This document shows, piece after piece, positions 26,670-41,361 of a DNA stretch of 64,000 nucleotides. The stretch's first letter is position 1. Every line of letters begins with the position of its first letter. The notes under the pieces are model-generated. The model was given only the letters and a program-made list of their open reading frames with translations. It ran no database searches and was not told the origin of the DNA. The position numbers and the translations under genes are program-made. The DNA comes from the human T2T-CHM13v2.0 reference genome, Homo sapiens: assembly GCF_009914755.1 (NCBI RefSeq), contig NC_060934.1. One strand, given 5' to 3'.

Positions 26670-26848
26670 TAAACTACCTAAACTACCTTTTTAAAGAGAG
26701 TTCTTCTTTGGTTTTGGCCTGAGGTCAAAGGCCTCTGCTTCCAGAGGCTCTGTGGTTTTAAGGGTTTATTGGGAGAGAATGGTCTCTGCAGCTGAGCCAG
26801 ATCCATGTTTTAAATCAGTCATCTTGATGGCACCTTGGCCTACTCTGG

Positions 26849-26849
<1 letters not shown>

Positions 26850-26888
<39 letters not shown>
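26850..26888. repeat. (TG)n microsatellite, ~19 units
   Basis: Read directly. Confidence 0.95.
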
Positions 26889-26890
<2 letters not shown>

Positions 26891-28060
26891 TTTTGTTTAA
26901 TCTTGAGCTTTGAGCTTCCCCTGGGTTATCTTGGAACAAATTTTGTTCATCTCTGTTGTTTTGAACTATTTTCACTTCTTTGATTTCTCTGTCAATCCAA
27001 TTTTTAGCTAGTTGTCTATATTCTTGAAATTTTAAAAATAATTTTTGGGGCATTAAGAAATTGTCTTCAATGACCCAAAAATTATTCAGGCATTCTTCTT
27101 GTTTCATTATACTAACAAATCTCTTGTGAAAAGGTAGATTCTCATGCTTCTCTTTACGGAAACTTGTGATCATTTCTTAAAAACCATATATTTGGGGTTC
27201 TATTGGGAACGTACACCAGATAATTTAAAAGCTTTTCCTACTCATCGAGTATTATTTTTAGAGAGTTGCTTTTTCTTGAATTCTCTTATGATTTACAAAG
27301 TCTGCCTAGGCCTTTATGCCCCCTCCCCTACCTCACCTCCCTCCTTGCCTTTTTCTATTTACTTATTCTTCACTGCAAAGCCATTTATCCAGTCCCAGCA
27401 TTTTGCCAAGAAAACATTCAGTTCATTTTGTCCAGGTACAGTTCATAAAAAGAACACCCTTCGGCGAGAAAGGTTACACATGAATTTCCTGAATCTGTCA
27501 TTTTCATTGGAGTTTAATTCATCCTAGATTGCAAGACACCCCCAAGTGCCCTTTTTAAAGCCTTCAGCAAGGGATAGTCTTCAAATGGTGCTTGAGTCTA
27601 AAAGAAACATAAATATAACTACTGAGTCATTTTTTCTTCATTGTTAGCAAATGAATGCGTGATTTACGTAGTGAACAAATACAACTTTTCTCCATAGTGC
27701 CTTTCTCATGATGTTTATGGGATGAAGTGGGTGAGAGTAAATGTTACAAGGTCATAGTGTATTAGTTAAGAAAAAGATATTACTAGAGAAGGTTATAAGA
27801 TAAAGATCAGCAATATAAGGTTCTTTGTCCCTAATCTCTACCTCCTGCAGCCAGACACACTCTGCCCACAGCATTCAGGCTACATCTTGGCTGCAGGGGA
27901 GGCTTCAACAGAGTCACCACCTTCTTGTTGCTAACACTTTTAATGAGCTTTGATAGTAGCCTTGTTACTACAGGAACAAGATGTTTGGGTACTAGTGTCA
28001 CATAATCTGAGATTAGATACCATTTGTTTAGGGGAGTGTTGGGATATAAATCTGGAGACA

Positions 28061-28439
<379 letters not shown>

Positions 28440-28774
28440 CTACCACTGGTGTGCTGGAGGGGATCTTGGTCTCAGCTAGCTCAATGTCAAACATTTTTCA
28501 AAAAGATCTCCAGGTATCATTTTCAGACAAACTTATCTAGTATGTCACAGATTATAACTCATAAAGGCCTCTAAAATTTGATCAATAAGTGTAATGTCCT
28601 TAAGTTCTCTTTCAACTTTGAGAATCTATGGATCTGTGATTTTAATGCAATGTGTGTCTATTATAGGTTAACATACAGTTATTAATTTCTTATTTTTAAC
28701 ATTTTATTTCAGAATAATTCTAGATTTATAGAAAAGTTGCAAAGATAATATTGAGAGTTCCTGTGTACCTGTGG

Positions 28775-29965
28775 ACACAGCATTGGAAACTAGAGTAAAG
28801 ACCATCATTGTTATCAAGTTGCAAAGAACTTGGTGGAGTTGTGTCCATGTCCTAGGACTTTATGAAAGGCCAAATGTAAGAGCAGTAATCTAGCATATCT
28901 TCCAGAACAAATATCTAAGTAGCAAAGCATTCAAGGTTCTGCGTGACGTCTTCTGGCTGTTAATAGTAAAATGAGGGAAGAGAAAAATTATTTAAAGATA
29001 GAATTTAAAATTAAAATGGAAGCAGAATGAAAAGATTTGGAAAACTCTTAGTCTGGTCATTTAAAGAATTAAAAAGCGTACAACTTTAGCCTGAGAAAGC
29101 TGCAGGCCTGCGACTTCATCCTGTGACTTCAACCTGTGAGCAAAGCCATAGGGGTGAGGCCTGAAACCTTGAGAGTCCAGCCCTGCCCCAGTGTGTCCAG
29201 AAAGTGGGACATAGAGTCAAAGGATATTATCCTCCAGCTTTAGGACTTAATGTTGTTTTCTTTGTTGGGTTTTGGACTCACGTAGGACCAGTTACCCCTT
29301 TCTTCTTGCCTATTTCTCGCTTTTGGAATGAGAATGCCTATCCTATTCCAGTCCCACCACTGGATTTTGGAAGCACATAACTTGTTAATTTCACAAGCTC
29401 ACATCTGGAGAGATATTTGCCTCAGGATAAATCTCACCTGAGTTTCATCCATATCTGATTTAGATGAGACTGGACTTCAGAGTTTTGAGTTGGTGCTGAA
29501 ATGAGTTAAGACTTTGCCGTTATTGGGATGGAATAAATGTATCTTGCATGTAAGAAAGATATAAATTTTGGGGGCCAGGGATGTAATACTATGGTTTGAA
29601 TGTGTCCCCCAAAGTTCATGTGTTGGAAGCTTAATCCCAAATGCAACCATGTTGAGAGGTGGGACCTTTATGAGGTGATTAGGTCATGAGGGCTCTACCC
29701 TCATGAATGGATTAATGGTGTTACTGTGGGAGTGGGTTCCTGATAAAAGGATGACTTTGACCCCCTTCCTCTCTCTCTTTCCTGCTGCTGCTCTCTTACC
29801 CTTCTGCCTTTCACTATGGGATGATGCAGCAAGAAGGCCCTTACCAGTTGTGGGCTCCTCAACCTTAGATTTCCCAGCCTCCAGAACTGTAAGAAAGCAA
29901 TCTGTTCTCCATAAATTACTCAGCCTCAGGGATTTTGTTATACCAGCACAAAGAGGTCTAAGACA
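28775..29965 (+). mobile_element. MaLR MST internal fragment plus MSTD-like 3' LTR (29587-29965)
   Basis: Internal motif ttgcaaagaacttgg..gagttgtgtccatgtcctagg; PPT gggggccaggga; LTR ctatggtttgaatgtgtcccccaaagttcatgtgttgg...ctaagaca. Confidence 0.85.
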
Positions 29966-30085
29966 CCTGCCAACATCTTGATTTTAGCCAAGTGATATTT
30001 CCTGGTCTCCAGAACTGTAAGATACATTTTTATTGTTTAAGCAATTTGTGTTAATTTGTTACAGCACTAATAGGGAGCTAATATA
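29966..30085 (+). mobile_element. MLT1 LTR 3' part
   Basis: cctgccaacatcttgattttag...ctccagaactgtaaga...tttgttacagca..gctaatata; 5-bp TSD gtacc/atacc shared with tgtgg at 28770. Confidence 0.75.
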
Positions 30086-31961
30086 ATACCCTTCACTCAG
30101 CTTTCCCTAATGTTAAAATCTTACAAAAACATGGTACAATTATTAAAATTAAGAAATTAACATTGGTGTAATATTGTTAACTAAACTTAAACTTTTTTCA
30201 GATTCCCCAGTTTTCCCACTAAACATTCTTTCTCTGCTCTGTGATCCATCAAGGATACTGCATTGTATTCAATTGTTATGTCTCCTTAGTCTATGCAATT
30301 ACTAAGAGCTTCTCAGTCTTTTGCTTTTATGACCTTGATTCTTTTGAAGAATACTTGTCAGGTGTTTTGTAGAATATATATCAGTTTAGGTTTGTCTGAT
30401 GTTTTCTCGTGATTAGAGTGAAGTGTGGATCTGGAGGAAGAAAACCACAGAGGCGATGTGCCCTTCTCATCACATCACATCAAAGGATATTACATGATGT
30501 CAACATGTTCTATTTTGGATAGGATAGTGTCTGCAAGTTTTTCCACTGTAAATTTCTTATATTTCCGTTTCTAAACTCTATTCTTTAGAATTGCTGCAAT
30601 TTTTATTTCACAATCTTCATTACTGAAGGTATGCAAGAACTTTGAGTCAACAAAATTAATTTTGAATGCCAAATATGTCACTTTTGAGTTTTAAAAAGTG
30701 GGAAAAATTATTTTCTTTCCATTTGTCTCATGGCCTCATATGTAAAATTGGGAGAATTATAACTCTTAGGAGTGTTCTGATGATTACATGAGCTAGCACA
30801 TCTATTTACATGACAAATATTTATCCACAATTTGCTAAGAATCTTATTAAGTGAAAGGGATACAGGTGGTAGGTATCAGAGATGAGTAAGTGATGATACA
30901 GACTTTCCCATGCAGAATTCACAGTATGACAGGAAAGATAAATTATTGAACCAGGAGCCACAGTGGAGCATGCATGTTACAGTTGGGGAAGTACAGAGTG
31001 CTGTGAGACTGCATAATATGAGGACCTATTGTAGATATCGGGAAAGTCACTTAGCACAATGTCTGGTAATATATAGGAGACCCTTCAGGATGGATTGATG
31101 TCAGTTCTCTTCCCTTTCTCATGCTTGGATCTCTCCCTATTCTTCCAATCTAACAGGATAAGATAATAGGATGTTTTCCTTTTTTCCTTGTAGGATTCAA
31201 GAGAGACTTTAAAGTGCTAATGTACGTGCTGACTTGCTGAGCAGGGACCCCATGTGTGTAGCTGTTTCTTAACTGTACATGACATTGGGACCACATCTTG
31301 CTTGGAGCTTGTCAGTAGCCTGATGTTGGGCAGAAGAGCTTTAGAGAAATGTCACTTTATCACATTGGTGTCTTCATCACACACTGATTGCCTGGTCTGA
31401 AATCCACCTCAAAACCATCTGAGCTTTCAGATGCACAAATGTTCACAAGCATTTCACAAAGTATTTTGTCCATGTGCATTTCAGATCATTTCACCTCTAA
31501 AAGTGAGATTAACCTTTCCAAGAATTGTTGATGTATACACATGTAGTAGTTGAAAAAAGATTTTAAAATTTAAATTTAAAAAGAAATTAAAAAATTAAAA
31601 AAAGAACCCCTCCCTATCCATCACCAAGATTTGCCCACATTTTCTTAATCTATCCCCTGATATTTTTTTCTGTGGCTGAATATTTTAAAGTAAATTCCAT
31701 ATCACTTCACCCCTATTTTCTTTGGTATGTATCTCTAAAAAATACAGTTTTTTTTTACATAATGACAAACCATGTCAAGTCTGGTAAAAAAACAACAGTA
31801 ATTTTAATTTGTTGTTATCATCTACTGAGAATGAAGTGCTCGGGAAGGTGCACAATCTGCTTTAGAACTAGGTACAATGTTGGTCTCTGGTGGGACATAG
31901 GATGTGGCTTTTTCACTCATCTTTCTCCCTGTGTAAAACCACTCTTCAAATCCTCTCAGAG

Positions 31962-32285
<324 letters not shown>

Positions 32286-32569
32286 TTATATCCTTATATC
32301 TATGGCAGATTTGGAAAAGAGGAGTTATTCAGCAATTGTGGGCCAAACTGAAGCAGGGTGAGTTCACAAGAAATATAGAGGTTCCAGAAATCAAGAGAGA
32401 GTTTTGTAAGTTGGATGGAGAGGAGGCTCTGAGAGAGATATAGGGGCTGTTCTTATTCTCACAGGGTTCAGGGACAGACAGAAAATGTAATTGATCTAAA
32501 CAGGTACAATGCAAATCAGTAGTACAAGATTAAGCTGATTCCATTGCAACTGATCATAAACCAGCTAAT

Positions 32570-32637
32570 TATTAGGTTGGTGCACAAGTAATTGAGGTAA
32601 TGGCAAAAACCTTAGTTACCTGTGTGCCAACCTAATA
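32570..32637. mobile_element. MADE1 (Hsmar1-derived palindromic MITE) with central deletion
   Basis: tattaggttggtgc...gccaacctaata inverted termini with TA flanks. Confidence 0.9.
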
Positions 32638-34079
32638 CATTGCTTTCTGAGACACTGTGTATGTTTGAAATATGAGGCCAGTGAAATAAACTGGCCAACA
32701 AAATATCTGATGGGCTGTGTAGTGTCACTAGTTTTTGACCTCTGTGTAGTTTTGGGAAAAGCTTGAATCAACTTGTCTCTTTTCACACAAACTATTGGAT
32801 GAAATGCTGTTTTTAAACTGGTTGCCCTGTGGAGTCTACTGAGTGACAAAGTGGAGAAGACCTATAGATTGATGTGGCACCCACACCTCACACTGTATAG
32901 TTTCTCTCTTTACATTTTGTTCTTTGATTTATGAGTTCATGACACCCCATGATTCTATGGCTCAAAAGAGGTTAGAAAACCACTGGTCCAACTAAGAGAA
33001 AGCTCTCCCACCCAGGCAGTTCTTCAATTGTTTCCCTTCACAGAAGAGCTGAGAGCTGAGGGAATATGTCCCTTTCCTTTTCTATAGGATCTGGGCTGTC
33101 CCAACACAGGGTAGAGCTGTGACAGTCAGACCAGTCTCCTACTGCATGACCTCACCCAGGAGAAGCATGTGGCTGGATTCCCAACTTGAAATGTGTGCAC
33201 TGAGGAAGCCCAGGTCCTCATTGCTCAGCAGGAGGGGAGGGTGCGATTGAATGCTGCCCAGCTGTGGGCTTCTCACTGGAGCAGGACCCCCTGATCAATT
33301 ATCCCATTTATCTCTCAGCTGAATAAGGCTGTTAAACAATACCCAAAGCACTTACTGTCTGGGGAAAGCAGGCAAATGATGGCTTTCATATTTATACACT
33401 GATAGTTTCTTCTGTTATTTGCCTTAACAAAGCAACTCAACACAATTAGTGCAAACTACCAAAGGCTCCTGGTTATATTTAGCTAACAGATTCCATTTAA
33501 AGAGCAAGTAGCTAATGATCTGAAGCACAGACTGCTATCACAGCAGCCCTAATAAGCTGGAAATCAGGAGAATAAGCACTGAACATTCGCCTGGTGGGGG
33601 AGTGATTGAACCTGGAACTGCACCAACAGGTTCCACTCAGTGTCCTTAACTGTTTTACATGCAGATGCCCTGGAATTGGGAGGACACCTGAGGATTTTAC
33701 CCCTTTTATGTTTTAATCCATCCATTTTTTTTTTTATTGTTAGCTCGCAGCTATGGGCGTCCCTGGGTCCAGGACAAAGGTGGCACCCTGACAGAACTCA
33801 GAAAAGGATGACTGAGATCACCTTCGAGGAAGGGACAGGCTCACTGTATCATGCTCACACCAACAATGAAAAACAGAAAAATGAATAATGACAGTGGGGT
33901 TTTGAAGAGTGGGAGCTGAAGGAGCGGGCTGGCACATGGGCCCTGCTAAGTCACGGGTAGAATGCGGACAAGGTGAAGGAAGGGACAGTCCAACTACAGA
34001 AAGGCATGGGCTTGGCCAGAAGCCCAGGACTGGAAGGCTTCGGGCATAGAAGGCGCCAGGCTTGGGGGCAGGTTGACCA

Positions 34080-34750
34080 CAGCACGACTCAAACGGATTC
34101 ATTTGGGTGTTCTTCAAATGTGATAAGCCTCTGTTTAGTGTTTCTCTTTTTATCTGTCAAAGGAGGAACCATAACGCCCACCGCATATGATTGGTGTGCC
34201 ACAAAAATGTAATAACGTTAAAAATGTGTCTATACGCTTGGCAGACATAGACAGTCTGAGCACAGGCTGACTGCTTGGATCTTTGTCATTGTTGTCACAG
34301 TGCCGGTTCTGGTGGCTTTACCAGACATTAGCTAACAATGGAACATCTTCTCAGCACACTGTCTTCTTGCTCTTCAAAGAAGATATTTAGCTTCTCACTT
34401 GACTCTGGGTGTTTTCTTGAGCCACTAGTTGCATATTTTGATTTTTGAGCCAGACATATTGCAAATATTTTGGTAATTATTTGGTCCTGCACCAGGAGGG
34501 GATATGAATCCACATTTTCAAATTCAGTGTCTTTGTGATGGGGACATATTTAGGATGTGGCAAACAGTCTTACCTACATATTTAGGCACGTATCTTTGTG
34601 AATTGATGCTTAGTGGGGATTATGTGCCAGCCTCTGTGATGTGCATACATTTTTAAAATTTAATTCTCACATCACCTAAAAGAAATTATGATTCCATACT
34701 TCTTTTTATGGGAGAGGAGACTGAGGCGACTTGCTCACAGCCACAGACAT
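34080..34750. mobile_element. Two MIR fragments
   Basis: gtttctctttttatctgtcaaaggagg (+); tatgtgccagcc...gaggagactgaggc (-). Confidence 0.55.
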
Positions 34751-36440
34751 TGACATTGGTTATTCATGATGCACTAAATCTTTTGTACTCCCTTCACTGT
34801 TTGACAATTACCTGTTTTGTAAATCCTGCGTTTCCAACACAAGAGTCTTAAACCACCACCGCTGCCGCCACCACCACCAAACCCCTGCCGTCCCAGCCTT
34901 CCTTGCTGCCGGGGTGCAAGTGTATAACTTAGATTCTACCAGTTAGATGCTAGCCATCTGGGAGGCCAGGCAGGCTCTGGTGCACCCACTTCGTGGTGGG
35001 ACTGTGGTCAGAGGCAACATGGTTGTGGGTTCCTGAAACAGCAACTTATGTACCAGAACCACTGTGGTTTGGGGTGATAATCCTGAAAGTTTCACCTAGT
35101 GCCTGTTGCCCCTGCCTTTCCAAAGAGTAGATAATTTTTTAATAAATCCCAGAAAAAGCTTCCCACTGCCTACAACTCAGAAACTTGACTGAAAATCTGA
35201 TTTGGGGTCTTTATTTCTCTATATTTTGTTAGAGCTGAGAAAAATGATTGCCTGCTACTCATGTCTCATGCTGCTCCTCTGTGCAGACTCTGGGATTGGC
35301 AGAGTCCTGCATCCTCGCCAGCCTCCACCTCTCCACCCGGTGACTGTCAGACCTTCATGCCGCAAACCCAGGCAGCTCCCACTGTCCCTTTCTTGGCAGT
35401 TAGGTTCCTATATTGAAGAAAACTCCAAAGAGACTTTAGGGTTCCAAGGCTGAGCAGCGCAGAGCAGATTGTACCCCATTGTGATTTCTTCTCTTGCTTT
35501 TCGTTTATGTTTACTTTTGTTTATGTTATTCTGTGTTATTTTTCCCTTTTTCCCATTATTTTTAAGTGGAATGCTTAGAATCATCATTTTTGATTTTTTT
35601 TAATTGTATAGCATCATCTAATGCTTTAATTTCACAAATAAGGTTTGCTGTACCAGGATCCCATAAGTTTTGCTATTTTAAAAATTATTTTAATTGTAAC
35701 TTTACAGTTACTGTATTTTTTTTTCTCCCCTAAACTATGCAGTATAAGATGAAATTTACAAGTGTGGCTTTATCATAAGACTGGCTGGGTTAGAGTCCCA
35801 ATTTCTATACTAACCAACATGTGACCTTGCTTGAAAGTTTACAGTGAGGACTGGCTAGATGATCCATGGGAAGTGTTTTGCTTAAACCAGTCTGTATGTG
35901 TTCATAATGAAGTTCCTTAGGGCACACTGAAGGATCTCTGAGTATTTGGGGTGGTGGAGGTACTGCCTATAAGTGGGCAGGAGTCTCTACAGAGGTATTG
36001 CATTTTGTGCTGGGCTCCTCCATCCACTGCTGCTGTCTTTATTATTTTCTTTGTGTTGTGCATTTGTTCGTATGTCTTCTTTATGCAGCACAACCTCCCC
36101 CTACCTAGACAGCTCCTTCTTTCTACACATGGTATAAATTATTCATCCCATAAGCCATCTCACATTTACTTAACTTTTTTTCTTTCTTCTAGTCTGTCTT
36201 CTGTTGCGTGGCACTTTTTAAAGAATTCATAGTAAAGGTTGGAACATAATATTCTTGTTTTTAACAATTAAAGTGATTATTTCACATTAATGAGCATTCT
36301 TATATAATCACCCAGGTGTGATTAAAACACAATAATTTTACACTCCCCTTTATTGAATATGAGAAATATGAGAAGTTCTTGCTTTTTAGCTTATTTCTGT
36401 AATTCCTGTTTCTTCCCCATTCTTTGCTCATCTAACTTGA

Positions 36441-36768
<328 letters not shown>

Positions 36769-37585
36769 TCTTGCATGATATTTTTGTTTTAAAATTAGTA
36801 TAGTTATACCTCTTGGCAAAAACGGTTGTCTTCTGTTTATGCTCATCTTGATTTTGTTCTGGGCTGGATAGTTTTTTTACCTGTTTATCAAAATAGTCTC
36901 CAAGGCAACATTGCTTTAATTCAGCCCTTAGCCTTCTGGATAATTGGTTGACATATTTCTTAGGTTAATGTGAACACTTTCTTCTCTGCAAGCTTTACTT
37001 ACCAATGCTAGTTTGATTCCATAGTGTAGCCATTGGGTCAAAACATTTCCCCTTTAGGTTTTCTGAAAATTAAATTAGGTCAGTTATAAACTTTTGTGGC
37101 CCCTCTGTGATGGTTTATTTTATGGTTTATGTGTCAATTTGAATGGGCCAATGGGGTACCCAGATATCTGGTAAAACATTATTTCTAGGTGTCCGTGAAG
37201 GTGTTTCTGGGAGAGATCAGCATTTGAATTGGTGGACAGAGAAAAGCAAATGGCCTCCATTGATGTGATGGGCATGATCCAATCCACTGAGGGCCTGATT
37301 AGGACAAAAAGGTAGAGGAAGGTTTGATGCTTGAGCTGGAACAAACATCTTCTGTTCTCAGTGCTCTTGGTTCTTAGGTCTTAAGCTTCAGATTGAAATT
37401 TCTACTATCAGACCATCAGCTTTCCAGCTCTCAGTCCTTCACACTACACCATGGGCTTTCCTGGGTCTCCAGCTAGCAGAGAGCAGATTATGGGACTTAG
37501 CCTCCATAATCGTGTGAGCCAATTCCTAATAATAAATCTCTTTTTACACACACGCGCATGTGCACGTGCACACACACACACACTC

Positions 37586-38188
<603 letters not shown>

Positions 38189-38929
38189 ATATAGACATCC
38201 TATTGGTTCTGTTTCTCTAGAGAACCCTGACTAATACACGCCCACCTTTGTCAATTAAAAAAACAAGGTGCCTTCCTATTACTGGAAACCTATCAGGAAA
38301 ATTTATTTATGCAGCCTGAGACCTGTGGCACCAGCAGGTGTGAGTGTTACTTTTTCATAGGAATGGGTAGGATGAGTGGACTGTTGCCCACTTTCCAGTT
38401 CCTTGAAGTTTCTTTAATTGTAAAATGTGAGGAAAGCTTGTATGATCTGCTACAAGCCCCTCTGCTTAGAATCATGATTGCTTGAGTTTTATTTTTCTAT
38501 CAAAGAATAAGAAGAAATTTTCACTTCATGCCCCCAAAATAGTTTTATGATTGGAAGGCATCTGTGGTCCATCTAATTTAATTTAATTTAACTTTTTGCC
38601 CCAAGAAATTGTTAAAAAGCCTTGGAACATATGCTTTCCCATCTCTTCCCTGAGTGTAATCCCTGGGTCCCTGGGTTATGTCAACAGAGACTCTGCTGCC
38701 AACCCTTGGCAACTCATTTCTCATCTGTTCCTTTCACCAAGGAGATTACCAGTTTGGCTCTGGATCTTGTAAATAATTAATGATCCCTCTTCTGGTAGAG
38801 GGCAGAAATGCTGCATGTAATATCTGGGCATTAATGCACACCAATTTTGAATGGGAACAAAAGGAGAATGGCACCCTTGGATTGGTGTTTCCCAGGTAGG
38901 GGAGTCCATTGGTTCCTGGTGCACTTTGC

Positions 38930-39105
38930 AGCACTCTCGGAGTCAGCCATTCTCTAACTCTGGTGGGTGTCAGCATCACCAGGAAAACTCAGTAAACATA
39001 CAAAGCCCAGGACCTATTCTATGTTAATGTACCTGGGCCTCTCTGTTTTGTATTAAGTTCCCCAGGTGGTTGTGATACATCCCAAGTCTGAGAACCACTG
39101 CTAAA
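38930..39105. mobile_element. MER5-like MITE
   Basis: cagcatcaccagg...aagttccccaggtg..tgtgat...tgagaaccactg. Confidence 0.6.
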
Positions 39106-39705
39106 TCATAAGGATGTTCCATTCTGTCTTATCAGCTCTCTGATGAATTTCACCTTTCCTGAACACCACCATGATCTACCTTGTAAGTGCTCCCAAGAAC
39201 CCTCGAACACTCTAATCCTCTTGATTTTTCTTGCCCCCAAACATCCTAAGAAGTTTGTTTGAAACTCTGATTCATAGGCATCAAAGAATCTCCTTGTTTT
39301 TATGTCTTTCCAGATGTGAATGGCTGAGTCCTGTGCTTGTGTCTTCTCTGTCTAGGTCTGCTGTCAGCTTTCTCTTTCCATATTTGTGTGCACTGGCAGG
39401 GGCTCCCCAATGATACCTGGCATACTGTGGTGACTTTGCTGCCCTTATTGAAAATTTATTCTCTTTTTGCAATTTTTGTTTCCTTTAAGCTCTGTGCCAA
39501 TGATGTCATTATTCTTAACCTTCCACCCCTACTTCCCACCCATGCAGTCTAGTCTCAAACCAACAGCTAGCACAATCCATTGAAAATATGTGTCCTCAAA
39601 CTTTCCAATGACTACACATGATATGCCCAGACTCTATCCCCGGTTTTGAAATAATTTGGTACCCGATGTATTTCTTTCCTTCCCTGTCTACATATCCCCC
39701 CTTGG

Positions 39706-40104
39706 TGTAGTGGATGCTGTGATGTGTGGCCCAAATCCCACTTTAGGGCTGAAATTATTACTTTCTGTGGCTGTCAGGCCCCTGTGAAAGTTGCCTACAG
39801 ATGGAGAAAGCTGCTTCTTCCAAGGCCATGCCCACTTCCTGGGGCAGATATATCCCACAACTGGGGGATGAATGGGCATGGAGCCTGGCCTCCTTGCCGA
39901 AAATCAAGACAACCCTGAAAAGCCATACTAATTTGAGGAGCTGAGTCCTCTGTTGAAATTATATCATGGCCCAACTTCTTTTGTTCAGTCTTATTTCTTC
40001 CCCTTTCTCTTTATGTGTATTGACCTGAGAATACTCTCTAAATAAATTGCTGGCACGATAATCTCATTCTCAATGTCTGCCTTGCAGGGATCCCAGTCAA
40101 CGTA
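39706..40104 (+). mobile_element. LTR16-family solo LTR (ERVL) inserted in L2
   Basis: tgtagtggatgctgtgatgtg...cccacttcctggggcag...taaataaattgctggcac...tctgccttgcagggatccc. Confidence 0.7.
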
Positions 40105-40500
40105 GTTGATCACTTTTCTCAGCCCTTGGCTCCCTTGCTTGGCTCAAATGATGCCAGGCATGAGAGCACCTCAGGGCCTTTGCATGAGCTCTGTCTTCTG
40201 CAGTTTCGCTCTCCCTTTGCATAGCATGATGGCCAGCTTCCTCACTTCAAGCCTCTGGTCAAATACCACCTCATCAAGCAGGCCTTTGAGGCCTCCCTGT
40301 GTAAAAGGAAAACCCTTTGCTCATTACCTTGTTTTATTTCTTTCGAACCCATATGAGCATCTGACACAAAGATTTTCTGCTTTACTATGTCTTTCCCTAT
40401 CAGTATGTATGTCCCATGGAAATATTTAGTTTATTACTCTTTTGCCAGTGTCTGGCACAGAGTAAAAACCAAATAAATATTTGTTGAAAGAATGAATAAT
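40105..40500 (+). mobile_element. L2 3' end
   Basis: cctcagggcctttgca...gtctggcacagagta..caaataaatatttgttgaaagaatgaat. Confidence 0.8.
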
Positions 40501-41034
40501 GAGAGAATTATATTTGCTTTCCTGCTTTAAGTCTGCAAGTACTTTCTCTTTCCATACTTTCCCCTGTTTGGCTGTAGTTTGATGTCCGGGATTTCCAACT
40601 GGAGACAGCATACCCTGTAGTATGTTCTTGACTAGCTGATTTAGTTGCTTGGGAGAAGTCGGGGAGATAGGATTTTTGGAAGAATGCCTGGATAAAGCCC
40701 ATGTTCCCAGGAGAGAGGGGGAAATAATCTGGCTTGTTCCTTTTTAAAATTTTTTTAGGAAAAATTTTCCTCTGCTATATTTGAGCTGTCATATATCAAA
40801 GCACCGGACACTGACCTCTGTGTCTGTAGACCTTTTGCCTTTAACCTCATCACTATCTGTTATGTGTGAATTACAAGCAGAGGGGTTGAACTGTCATTCA
40901 CAGTGATTAGCAGCCCTTTGGCCATAGGATTACACATCCTCATTTTGGAGGACCAGTTACTTACTGGTGAATGTCCCCAATTCACTAAGTCACTGAATGC
41001 ACACTTACATATTTCTCTAATGTTTAAAAATCCT

Positions 41035-41361
<327 letters not shown>

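Larger units (their letters stand above)
28692..30600 (-). mobile_element. L1MC-like 3' end split by MaLR insertions
   Basis: agatttatagaaaagttgcaaagataatattgagagttcc.gtgtacc (to 28769) resumes as atacccttcactcagctttccc at 30086. Confidence 0.8.
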
